A stretch of DNA of 63,764 bases, counting the filler, from Octopus bimaculoides (Eukaryota): the NCBI RefSeq assembly GCF_001194135.2. It is 6 parts of 5 records of this genome, joined end to end, with 100 filler letters (N's around TTAATTAATTAA, not from the genome) between each part and the next. Parts side by side here need not be neighbours in the genome. Positions count along the whole stretch, not along the records: positions 41,785 to 61,852 come from NC_068998.1; positions 61,953 to 63,764 come from NC_068981.1; 4 more parts are not named here. One strand, written 5' to 3'. A model generated the notes under the pieces. The model made no database searches, was not told the DNA's origin, and worked only from the letters and a program-made list of their open reading frames with translations. Shown here one piece after another: positions 51,804 through 63,764 of this stretch. The translations under genes were made by a program, and so were the position numbers. Position 1 is the stretch's first letter. Every line of letters begins with the position of its first letter.

Positions 51804-52964
51804 CACTGTTTAACAGGCTTAAATGTGTAACTAACCGATAGATGGAATCATGGATTCATTGTCGTTTACAGTGTAGACAATTCTGTCTGTGTGTACATTG
51901 TGTGTGTGTGTGTGTCTGTGACAGAATATGTGTGTGCGTAGTTGTGTGTGTGCATGTGTTTGTAGGTGTATGTGTACGTCACTCAATTTCTAAACCTCCT
52001 TTTACAGGTATACAAGGTAACACACAATTTCTCTCTTTGTACGTATGTATGCATGTAAGCCTTTTCTGTATATAGGTATGTACGTACGTACGTGCGTACG
52101 TATGTATGTATGCATGCATGAATGTATGTACGTTTGCATGCAAGTTTATATATATATATATATATANNNNNNNNNNNNNNNNNNNNNNNNNNNNNNNNNN
52201 NNNNNNNNNNNNNNNNNNNNNNNNNNNNNNNNNNNNNNNNNNNNNNNNNNNNNNNNNNNNNNNNNNNNNNNNNNNNNNNNNNNNNNNNNNNNNNNNNNNN
52301 NNNNNNNNNNNNNNNNNNNNNNNNNNNNNNNNNNNNNNNNNNNNNNNNNNNNNNNNNNNNNNNNNNNNNNNNNNNNNNNNNNNNNNNNNNNNNNNNNNNN
52401 NNNNNNNNNNNNNNNNNNNNNNNNNNNNNNNNNNNNNNNNNNNNNNNNNNNNNNNNNNNNNNNNNNNNNNNNNNNNNNNNNNNNNNNNNNNNNNNNNNNN
52501 NNNNNNNNNNNNNNNNNNNNNNNNNNNNNNNNNNNNNNNNNNNNNNNNNNNNNNNNNNNNNNNNNNNNNNNNNNNNNNNNNNNNNNNNNNNNNNNNNNNN
52601 NNNNNNNNNNNNNNNNNNNNNNNNNNNNNNNNNNNNNNNNNNNNNNNNNNNNNNNNNNNNNNNNNNNNNNNNNNNNNNNNNNNNNNNNNNNNNNNNNNNN
52701 NNNNNNNNNNNNNNNNNNNNNNNNNNNNNNNNNNNNNNNNNNNNNNNNNNNNNNNNNNNNNNNNNNNNNNNNNNNNNNNNNNNNNNNNNNNNNNNNNNNN
52801 NNNNNNNNNNNNNNNNNNNNNNNNNNNNNNNNNNNNNNNNNNNNNNNNNNNNNNNNNNNNNNNNNNNNNNNNNNNNNNNNNNNNNNNNNNNATATATATA
52901 TATTTATATATATATATGTATATATATATGTATATATACTATATAAATAATATATATATATAAA

Positions 52965-53018
<54 letters not shown>

Positions 53019-53042
53019 CATACACACACACAAATATATATG

Positions 53043-53076
<34 letters not shown>

Positions 53077-53788
53077 GTGCATGTACACTCTTGTGTTTGC
53101 GTGTGTGTGTGTGTTTGTTGTGCGTTTGCGCGTGTGTGTGCTTGTCTGAACATGTCTAAATGCTTTCTTTCTTAAGTATGAAACGAAAACCTTGCGTACG
53201 TAAAAAGTGGTTATATTATGATGGTGTACATATATATATATGTGTGTGTTTGTGTGTTTGAGTTATCTCGATGTCTAGCAACAGATGACGAACATTAAGA
53301 GATGCATGTTTGAATTATTCCTATTAAAAAGTATAGCAGAACTTTTTGTAGTATGTCTCCTCATATTTCCATGACATACCAAAGGAAACTTTTACCAATC
53401 AAACCACAATAAAAACAAATGTATGAATAAATAACGAAAGAAATAGAATTGGTTAAATCGGGGGGCATTAGGATAATAAAGCAAAATATATGCCCACGAA
53501 AGAAACAATATATATATTTCCCTGCAATTGAAACGGAAATGTGTAGAGTACTTTACTATGTCTCGTTTTTTATAACGAGGAATGGAAAATCTAAGAAAAT
53601 ATGCGAATACTGAAGAGACTAGTATGGTCGTTATTTATTTGTATTTTGTTTCATGATGAAGAATATTATGAGCATTTTAGTGGCGACTAAGGCTCTGTTT
53701 GTATCTAAATCGCTAAGTAAATTAGCTCGTGTCTTTAAGACTAGACATACGAAAAAGAGAGCGTGTTTTCTCTGAGAATTGTTTCCTA

Positions 53789-53834
<46 letters not shown>

Positions 53835-55873
53835 NNNNNNNNNNNNNNNNNNNNNNNNNNNNNNNNNNNNNNNNNNNNNNNNNNNNNNNNNNNNNNNNNN
53901 NNNNNNNNNNNNNNNNNNNNNNNNNNNNNNNNNNNNNNNNNNNNNNNNNNNNNNNNNNNNNNNNNNNNNNNNNNNNNNNNNNNNNNNNNNNNNNNNNNNN
54001 NNNNNNNNNNNNNNNNNNNNNNNNNNNNNNNNNNNNNNNNNNNNNNNNNNNNNNNNNNNNNNNNNNNNNNNNNNNNNNNNNNNNNNNNNNNNNNNNNNNN
54101 NNNNNNNNNNNNNNNNNNNNNNNNNNNNNNNNNNNNNNNNNNNNNNNNNNNNNNNNNNNNNNNNNNNNNNNNNNNNNNNNNNNNNNNNNNNNNNNNNNNN
54201 NNNNNNNNNNNNNNNNNNNNNNNNNNNNNNNNNNNNNNNNNNNNNNNNNNNNNNNNNNNNNNNNNNNNNNNNNNNNNNNNNNNNNNNNNNNNNNNNNNNN
54301 NNNNNNNNNNNNNNNNNNNNNNNNNNNNNNNNNNNNNNNNNNNNNNNNNNNNNNNNNNNNNNNNNNNNNNNNNNNNNNNNNNNNNNNNNNNNNNNNNNNN
54401 NNNNNNNNNNNNNNNNNNNNNNNNNNNNNNNNNNNNNNNNNNNNNNNNNNNNNNNNNNNNNNNNNNNNNNNNNNNNNNNNNNNNNNNNNNNNNNNNNNNN
54501 NATATATATATATATATATATACATACACATTAACACACACGTGTATATATTTCATAAACGTAATAAAGCCACTTATTACCATTAATCTGGGAAGATGAT
54601 TCTGGAAAAAATTGATCAACGGCTGATGATATTAAAAGGACGATAGAACAGTATGTTTGCCTCATAGGATATCAAGTAGATTGATTTGAATACAATTTAT
54701 ATGGAAAATTTGGAACCATTACTTAAAGGAGCAACACCACTTATTGATACTTGCTGAGTCTTGAGAATAAGACAGTACCGTTTACCATTGCAGGTCTTCC
54801 GACAGTGGTTAGTATGATTCCATTAATATTCTTCTTAACAGTTACAGTTCAACACCGGCAGTAAAGACATGAACAGGGAAAATATTTCAAAAGGACGGTG
54901 TTCTATGAATAAAGAAGATGAGGTGTACTGTACTCGAGAAATGAGACAAGATATGAAGAGACAATTGGATTCAGGGTATGTGCGTAGTAGAGGTTTAAAT
55001 GCAACGAATCTCAAGGAAGAAAGGTTATTATTGTAACGATAAAAACAGCAGAGAAATGAGATAAAACGAACGTATTCCAGGGTATGAAGCGGGTGCGTGA
55101 TTGATTTCGTGTCATTCAGTCAAGTAAGCCTTTAGTAAATGCATTCTATGATACCTGCGTGCTTGGAATAGAAGCAACAGCGACCCAGGTGTGCGAACAA
55201 TATCTCGTTTTGCGTCTAACTCCAGCTATATAGATAACATTTACTTTGATTATGATATACGCCAGTCTAATCATATACACACCAATCTTCACTAATTTCG
55301 ACATGAAAGAAGCGTGACATTTACAACCAATTCACTCCCAGCAACGAAATACAATTCCATTACACCAGTAACGTCACCATTACTACAGCTAATACCATAA
55401 TCTCCATCACCATCATCGCGCCGACAATATAGCTAGCGGTGTGTTCTTCACATCTTTTGATCTCCCTAATGATTAGATGAAATGTTCAGCGGTGTACTTG
55501 AATATATAAATTGTATTATCCGGAGCTTTGATTTTAATAAGCGGATAATTATTAATTCATTTTAACTGAAAATCAGTGACCCCTAATTCTGATAACAATA
55601 AATCGATAAGAGCACTATCTACAACAATAATTTGCGATTTTCTATGGCATATATATATATATATANNNNNNNNNNNNNNNNNNNNNNNNNNNNNNNNNNN
55701 NNNNNNNNNNNNNNNNNNNNNNNNNNNNNNNNNNNNNNNNNNNNNNNNNNNNNNNNNNNNNNNNNNNNNNNNNNNNNNNNNNNNNNNNNNNNNNNNNNNN
55801 NNNNNNNNNNNNNNNNNNNNNNNNNNNNNNNNNNNNNNNNNNNNNNNNNNNNNNNNNNNNNNNNNNNNNNNNN

Positions 55874-55927
<54 letters not shown>

Positions 55928-56159
55928 CATACATACAGTTACCCTGGCAGTAATTCAATGTCGTGTTCAAAGATGGCGTTTTCTGGTCGAGTGGAGAGAG
56001 GGTATACGTGAGAGTTAATATGCTATATATATATAATGCATTCTATTAATCCATTGCAATATAAAAATGCACGAGAAAGGACTGCACTGGTGTAACAAAC
56101 ACCGTGCTTGTTCCACTTGCGCTTGTGTTGATATATATCGTCATGTTCCTTGTATTTAC

Positions 56160-56194
<35 letters not shown>

Positions 56195-56329
56195 AAAATA
56201 AAGATGCATTTTCAAATTTACTTAAAATAAATGTTGTGCATTTCATCATACATATAGAAAAAAAAAGGCGTAAGATCTTACGTTTGTTTATATATATACA
56301 AGTATACCTAAGGCACAATCAGGAAAAAA

Positions 56330-56555
56330 ACCATCGTATCCAGAAAACAAAATCAACCAGGTCTGCTACACACAATAAATACGCAATAAGCACATTATTG
56401 TATAACAGCAAAATTATTCAAGACTTATTTGATGGTTATATATAGAATGTCACATTGTTTTGTAATGTACGGTCCAAACCTGGAGCTCTGTATCTTTGTT
56501 AGAAACCAGCTCCTTACTAAATGTAATAATTGAAATAACATATAAGGAGAGAGAC
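56330..56555 (+). mobile_element. Older RLE-element 3' fragment followed by short (CATA)n
   Basis: The UTR core ctctgtatctttgttagaaaccagctcc (56486-56513) matches the other copies, and catacatacctacatac begins at 56556. The upstream TLLYNSKIIQDLF only weakly resembles the C-terminus. Confidence 0.5.
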
Positions 56556-56964
56556 CATACATACCTACATACAAGTATATACATATATACGAATGCCTAA
56601 ATGTGCTCATATGCACAAATTCCTGTACTTATGTTCAAATTTCTCCCAAAGTCTGCCGATTTTTCCTCACAAATTAAACTGCAGACACGTTGAAAGTAAA
56701 TATAACAGAGCACGTAAAATTTGCGAATGCTTTCACATTTATTTCTGTATTTCCTTCCGGCACAAAAGACATTACCACAAGCAGAGCACCACAAGCTGTG
56801 AGGTTGCTCTCTAAACGTAGATATATAATTATATGAATAATTTTCGCTTATGTCAATTTGCTTGATAGATCTGCTCTCTGCAAGAGGTTAGCTGTGTGGC
56901 GTCAATTAGTTTAAACATTTCATTCTGTCAATAACTAATGGTTTGTTGTAAATTGTTTTGTCAT

Positions 56965-57192
56965 GAACACGTGTGACTTAATAGCTTGGGCATTTAGCTC
57001 ATGATCGTAAGATTGTGAGTTCGATCTCTGTCAGCGCTTTGTACCCTTGAGCAAGACATATTTTTATCTGCTCCAGTTCACGTAGCTGTCAGAAATGGGT
57101 CGTACCTGGAATTCGAAGGACCAGTTTAGTCGCATTCAATGTGTCAAGCTGAATCTCTCAGAACAATAAGGGTGCACGAGTCTGTGGAGTAC
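56965..57192 (+). mobile_element. Chimeric SINE: family D head and core with a family A-type 3' tail
   Basis: gagttcgatctc...cccttgagcaagaca...ctgctccagttcac, then cctggaattcgaaggaccag...gctgaatctctcagaacaataagggtgcacgagtctgtggagtact (homologous to 8603-8700). Confidence 0.6.
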
Positions 57193-57727
57193 TTCCTCAA
57201 AATTTCAGCTGTTTTGTCTATAGTACGAAGGCTTATTTCAAATGATAAGTATGTGATATTTGGAAAATATCACTTCAGTAACTAATTGGTCGAACGAACA
57301 CGTTAAACCGAATTCAGTGGTTGGTCAGAGCTGTCAGTGTCTCACAATGTGATTTGATTAGGACGATTTTGTTTACTTTTGATTTATTTCTATAAAATTT
57401 CACTTCAAATGATTGATACAGAGATTTGCCGAATAACGAGTTAATAATATTGTTGTAGAATAAATAAAGAAAAAAAGAAGTGTAAATACTTAAATATAAA
57501 AGAAAAATTGTTTGATGCGTAAGAAGAAAAGAAGAATATATTGTTTAAATCTGCCAAAATGTCTAGAATATAAGTTGCAATGAAATAATTTTATGATGAT
57601 TACAGATTTACGATAACAATTAATGTCATGTTTTGATACGAGGTATGTTATACATTGCATACATACACAGTCACACACACACGCACACACACATGCACAC
57701 TCACATAATCGCCCACACGCACAGACA

Positions 57728-57777
<50 letters not shown>

Positions 57778-58712
57778 AACACACAGATAGGGAGAGAAGG
57801 AGAGAGATAAGGAGATAGGGAGAGTGGCATATACATATATACGCATATATGTATCTATGTATTTGCAATCATTATCTATTAACTAAACTGACAATGAAAT
57901 GCAGCGTCGAGTGAAAAGGTACTCAATGCAGTTATAGAGTGTTAATATTTTACTAGACAGAAATATAAATTGATTGTGCCGTCCATGTTTTGCCGTAAAT
58001 GGCTCCTCCTACAAGACATCTGAAATATGTGAGTCAAACTCATATATTATAGATTCTTCATGATTGCAAACAACGAGGAGTACAAAAGGCAGATGTTTCA
58101 TAGTAATAGATATGTTCGTATGCGTGTGTGTATGTGTGTGGGTGTCCGTATGTTTGTGTGTGTGTTTGTGTATAGGTATGTATGTATATATGTATGTGAG
58201 TATACTTCGTAATATACCGAGATGAAAAAGATCCCTAGATCCACTGACACCCAAATGTTTCTTCCTCTGAGGCCAGCATTTTTTTACTTTCATGCTGACT
58301 AACAAACTACGGTGCGGGGCAACACTTCTCTGCCTTCCAACCTTCTCATCTAATCCTAGTTTCAGCAACGGGCATGCAATTGTACACGTTCTCTACTGGT
58401 CGAGAAAGTGATGACACATGGAGAATTTTATTTCCGAGGGCCCGTGGAAAACCGCGTGCTGTTTCCCAAACAAAATCTTATTACTTTTCCCCTAAATTGG
58501 ATAAAGCCTGAGGAGTGAACCTATGCACTTTTGGACATGCATTCCTTATTCACACTTTTAATTTTCTCTTTTTTAGTCTTTACCTGGTACCTGTTTGGAT
58601 GTAGTATTTTTCTGTGTCTCGTGACTATGAAAATATACAATTATATAAAACATTTCGTTGCTGATAATTATGCCCTCAGTAATATTCATACTGTTTGCCA
58701 TCTAAATTATTA

Positions 58713-58937
58713 CAGTAATCCCTCGCCTTATCGTGGTTCACCTATTGCGGTTTATTATTTAAGCTTACGTCGATTCCTCCGTGATATTGGTTTGCATTTA
58801 TAATAAGATAAATATATTTAAAAAATCATTAAAAAAATTTAAAAAATACACAGTAAAGTGCTGTTTCCAATTCACGGATTTTCACCTATCGCGAGGTGTT
58901 TCGGAACGTAACATTCGCAATAGTTGAGGGATTACTG
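58713..58937. mobile_element. Tigger/pogo-type MITE (225 bp)
   Basis: TIRs cagtaatccctc / gagggattactg. TA on the left flank, TG on the right (decayed TSD). Confidence 0.8.
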
Positions 58938-60312
58938 TGTTGATAGTTTCAGCCCTATCATTTTTACAATGAAAAAGTCATTCCAGCTTTTCCGTTGATG
59001 TGCATGATTTCTTGGTGTTTTTATAATCTGTTTTAGTTCCGAAGGTTTTAGTTCATGTTGCTTCTGTGAGAGTTTGTTTGTAAATAAAGCAGCATCAAAA
59101 TATATATATATATATATACAGAGAGAGGGAGGGAGAGAGATAGAGACAGAGAGAGAGAGAGAGGTAGAGAGAGAGAGAAATGGTTTGAGAGAGAGGGAGA
59201 TGTGTGTATGCATTTGTGTGTGCTTTGTGTGTTTATTTACAAATATGGGGACCATTCAATTGAGAAAGAAATAACTGGTTCACATTCAAAACCGTTCCAA
59301 TCAGCGTTTATTTATTATGAGACTTTAAGTGACAAATTTTCGCAGCCTATATTTCTGGAACGATAGTGGAATGAAGGACTTTTCGCGAGCTGAAATTTTC
59401 CCAAGGCCAACAAATTGGAAATCTATTACGAATGAATGAGCTCTGGAGCCTAAACTAACCTAACATTCTCCAGTTAAGAAAAAAACTCATAAAAACCGGG
59501 CAATATATGTCAACAAAACTAACTCATATATATTAAATATGCCAGAGAGAGAGATCGACTTCAGAAAAATATAGGAAACATTCTCATAAAATGACGAACA
59601 AATGCCGCAAATTGCTTGAATGAGAGAAAAATATCAGCGAACAGCATAATATAATAGAAAAAAAAAGAAACGATAAATGAACACCTACACACTTAAGAAT
59701 ATCGCGAATAGAAAGTGGATATAAGATATAATTCTTCCAGGAAAATAAGAAAGAATTAATTGAAACATGGTTATAAAATACAACGTATAACAATCATGCT
59801 TCCTTGTTTTATTTTCTACAGATTTGCAAAATATACAATCACAATATGTTGCAAAATAAGTCCATTGTTTGTAGAAATTAGTACAATGCAGTGTCTGAAC
59901 GTATTCACTGAAATAGAAAAGAATTTGCAAAAGAATTTTAAATACACGAATGTGACGTAGTCAAATTGATAGAGAGGAAGAGGTATTTTAACATAGCCTC
60001 TTGTCGAAATTAAGCAGGATTCTATTGCGTTCATTATGCGCATATCACAGATAATGAAATAATACACACACACAGAGGCATACATGTGTATATACATACA
60101 TACATACATACATACATACATTTATACTGAAGAAAGACGACAAGCTGGCAGATATGCAGGTAAATGCAGGTGGTCGATCCTGAAAGGTCTAGCTTCTAAT
60201 ATTGGAATGTAAGTTATACGAACAACCAAACTGAACGGCATCGCATAGTACCGATGACCCCATTTTCCTTATCTAGAATAAGGGCCCAGTGCGGTAATGC
60301 GTTGGGTTTCAA

Positions 60313-60420
60313 AGGCGGCGAGCTGGCAGAAATGTTAGCAAGCCGGGCGAAATGCCGCTAGGCATTTCGTCTGCCGCTACGTTCTGAGTTCAAATTCCGC
60401 CGAAGTCGACTTTACCTTTC
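60313..60420 (+). mobile_element. SINE family C, 5' half
   Basis: aaggcggcgagctggcagaaatgttagcaagccgggcgaaatgc...ttctgagttcaaattccgccgaagtcgac. Confidence 0.85.
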
Positions 60421-61819
60421 ATAAGCAAGGTTTGTCTTCTAAATCAGTGTTAATGAATTAATAATTAATCTAAACGTGAAAATTGTTTTTGTTAATGACA
60501 TCAATACCATCTATTTTAAGTTGCCTGTGGAATTCTTTGCAACAGTCTCTATCATTTGTTGTAGACTATCATTATCTGCATCAAGCATTTTCATTTCCAA
60601 AATTCAGGGTGGAACAAAAGTTTTGTAAAAGCGTAGATTGACAAATGAAGAGAAGTGTTTCCTCGCTGTGTAAACTTTGTCGTTGTCAGAAGAAATGGCG
60701 ACAGGAACATCGCTTGACATCGTTGTTATTATAGGCGATCGTATTCATTTACGAAATGTTAAAATAACATGCTTTGGAAAATGTCGCTTCTTTCAGCGTG
60801 CTTTTGAAAGAACCATGTTGAAAGTTTGTTTAAAAGTATTTGAAATAATTTTGAAATCTGTCAAGTGTTCCAAGCATCTGCATTCTTTTAAATGCTTTCA
60901 AGCACTTGAAAGACTTCAAATGCTCCAATGATTTATAACCATTTATATCGCTGAAATCTTGCAAGCCGATCTAACAATACATTATCTTGCATTGATATAA
61001 TACTTATCGACTCGAAGATAAGCGAATGAAAAATTGACGACGGTGCACAGTGAACGAAGAGCAATGAAATCTGAAACAATTATACTACGGCATTGTAAAT
61101 GTTGTTAACATGCCAATTCACCTACTTATGCGCAAATATACCGATGCTTGAAAGTATAGATTCGCACAAGACTGTACATAAGTGAATGCACACGGTGAAA
61201 ATGTAAAGGAATACAGGTTTAGGCTAATTACAAATTAAATCGTTAATTATCCACTTCATTAATGAATCAATAAAATGTACTATAATCTCTATAATTTTTT
61301 GGTTAACATTTTATCGAGAATTGATGAGCTGCCTAAAAACAAATAAAGATCATACTCTTCCGTTCCCGCCAAAATATACTATATCAGAATGATTTGTAAC
61401 CAGCTGTGAGCTGGACATCCTATAATTGATAATTAGAATTCAAAATTGTAAAATCGCCAAAATACCAAATATTATATGTTTATGTTCAATTGTTCTTAAG
61501 ACAATTTAACGCTATTCTGTGATGTGCGTGATTATTATCTTTATTATTTTCATTCTTTTACTTGTTTCAGGCCTGTGGCGCTGCTGGAGCACCGCCTTTA
61601 GTCCGACAAATCGACACCCACGACTTATTCTTTGTAAGCCTAGTACCTATTTTATCAGTCCTTTTTGCCCAACCACTAAGTTACGGGCATGCAAACACAC
61701 CAACATCGGTTGTAAAGCGATGGTAAGGGACAAACACAGGTTCAAATTCCGCAGAGGGCGACTTTGCCTTTCATCTTTTCTTCAACAGAAAGGGACACGA
61801 GGAAATAAACAGAATACAT

Positions 61820-61852
<33 letters not shown>

Positions 61853-62625
61853 NNNNNNNNNNNNNNNNNNNNNNNNNNNNNNNNNNNNNNNNNNNNTTAA
61901 TTAATTAANNNNNNNNNNNNNNNNNNNNNNNNNNNNNNNNNNNNNNNNNNNNAGGAGGAGGAGGTGGAGGAGGAGGAGGTGGTGGTGGTGGTGTAAGAGC
62001 AAATAAGAGAAGCAGGTAGACCAGAAGAAAGATGAATGCATCATCTTCTTCTCCCGGATGATGATAACAGGATAATTAATCGACATTAGAGAACGTTAAG
62101 TAGAAAGTGCTAATTGACTTAAGATTATGGAATGAGACTCGCAAGCATCAAAGATTATCGCAGACGGTGTTTACAGTGTCGTTTGGTTTAATTTAATCAT
62201 CACAGCTCCGGCCATGATGGAGCAACCTCTTACCACGTGATTCCAATACATTAAATATAGAAATGGAGTGTGGACATCAAACGTGATTGACAACTGTGGA
62301 GGAATGGACTGGAAGAGGTTTGGGTGTGAAACGTAATGTGGCGTTACTTGCAGACCGACATTGTAAATCAGTGAGAATTAGAGAGAAGGAGGGAAAGAGA
62401 AAGGGAGACAGAGAGGTGGGGTAGAGGAAAAAGAATAGACTGCAGTGCTTTTGTGGCCCTTCTTTTATAGTTCCTTGCTAGAGTGAAAAGGCTTGTTACC
62501 CTCAATATGATTTGAAATCAGAACGTAATGCTGTGTAACAAAAACGCTCTTACGCTTGTGCCAATTTCCAATGTAGAAATATAAGACTGATATACAAACA
62601 TACACGCGCGTGCACACACACACAC

Positions 62626-62666
<41 letters not shown>

Positions 62667-63476
62667 ATACCGAAACAGCTCCTATCCCAGTCTGTCATCC
62701 CGGTTTTCAAACAGAGAAACAGATCCCTCGCAGTCAACTATCGCCCAATCTCACTCACCACCTCCCGTACCATTAAAGTATTTGAAAAGGTGGTTTCCTG
62801 GAGAGTCATGATCTCCTGAATTCAATTCAGCATGGCTTTCGCTGCGGCAGGGACTGTCTAACACAGCTCTTACACCACATCGATGATATCCTTAAAGCCT
62901 TGAGATTAGGTTCCAACTCTGATGTCATATATCTAGACTTCAGTAAAGCGTTCGGCAGAGTTGACCATGATACCCTACTGTCAAAATTGACAAACGTTGG
63001 AATCCGTGGAAAACTACTACACTGAATATAGTGTTTCTTGGAGAACAGAACACAAGAAGTTGTGATCGGTGGAATCCACTGAAGCCCAGCAAAAGTCATC
63101 AGTGGTGTTCCTCAGGGGACTGCCTTGAACCTGCTTCTCTTTATAATCTATATAGACGACCTTTTCAGCGTCATTTATAACAGCAAACTGAAAATATTCG
63201 CTGATGACTACAAGCTCGAGAAAATTATCAATGAAGAAAAATACCGAACTCAACTCCAGTCTGATCTATATGCTGTGAGTCAATGGGCAGACAAAAACAA
63301 AATGCAACTAAACGGGTGAAAATTTGAGCTGATACATTTTGGAAGAAAGACTAGACTAAAACAGCCATACTCTCATCCTTCAGGGGAACCGCTCACAGCA
63401 TCTAATAATATCAGAGACCTAGGAGTGATTTTTGACATGAATCTCAGCTGGAGTGCCCCCATCAACAATAAGTGAT
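62667..63476 (+). pseudogene. CR1-clade (Jockey group) LINE reverse-transcriptase fragment
   Basis: PVFKQRNRSLAVNYRPISLT, QHGFRCGRDCLTQLL, DVIYLDFSKAFGRVDHDTLLSKL, SGVPQGTALNLLLFIIYIDDL, KIFADDYKL, LQSDLYAVSQWADKNKMQLN, RDLGVIFDMNLSW. Several stops and frameshifts. Confidence 0.92.
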
Positions 63477-63544
63477 CTAAGTATATACATATATATATAC
63501 ATACATACATTATATACATACATACACACACACACACATATAAA

Positions 63545-63764
63545 TAGGCGCAGGCGTGGCTGTGTGGTAAGAAGCTTGCTTTTCAAATACATTACTCCAG
63601 GTTCAGTCTTGCTGCGTGGTGTCTTGGGTGAGTGTCTTTTGCTATAACCGCGGACCAATCAAAGCCTTGTGAGTGGATTTGCTAGACGGAAACTGAAAGA
63701 AGCCCGTCGTATGTATTTATACATTTATGAGAGTGTGTCTTTATGTTTGTGTTTGTTCCCCCCC
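63545..63764 (+). mobile_element. SINE family B, 5' and central part (runs off the window)
   Basis: ggcgcaggcgtggctgtgtggtaagaagcttgc...caaagccttgtgagtggatttgctagacggaaactgaaagaagcccgtcgta. Confidence 0.9.

Overview
AT-rich, gap-riddled eukaryotic genomic DNA. The repeat content (tRNA-headed SINE families, dense AT/CA/TACA/AAT microsatellites, TTAGGG repeats) points to a coleoid cephalopod, most likely Octopus; this is inferred from remembered repeat families, not from a search. I cannot identify any intact host protein-coding gene. Nearly all long ORFs in the supplied track are read-throughs of microsatellites or N gaps. The window is mainly a transposable-element landscape: four or more SINE families in dozens of copies (three with clean target-site duplications), decayed RTE, CR1-like and Penelope (GIY-YIG) retroelement fragments, a decayed mariner, two MITEs and a solo LTR with a 5-bp TSD. 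The most interesting signal is seven fragments of a restriction-like-endonuclease-type (Dong/R4-like) non-LTR retroelement. All end in a (CATA)n-type tract in element orientation, three are stacked in tandem at 21.3-22.4 kb, and two are a uniform ~105-bp UTR-only derivative. This suggests a (TACA)n-microsatellite-targeting LINE with a short non-autonomous partner. Other candidates are a 54-nt pre-miRNA-like hairpin (22882-22935), a perfect 38-bp inverted telomeric palindrome overlapping a G-quadruplex motif (40985-41025), a triplicated octamer-bearing element (46.3-49.5 kb) and a CpG-density step near 15 kb with promoter and splice-donor signals. The N44-TTAATTAATTAA-N44 blocks are scaffolding linkers, not biology.
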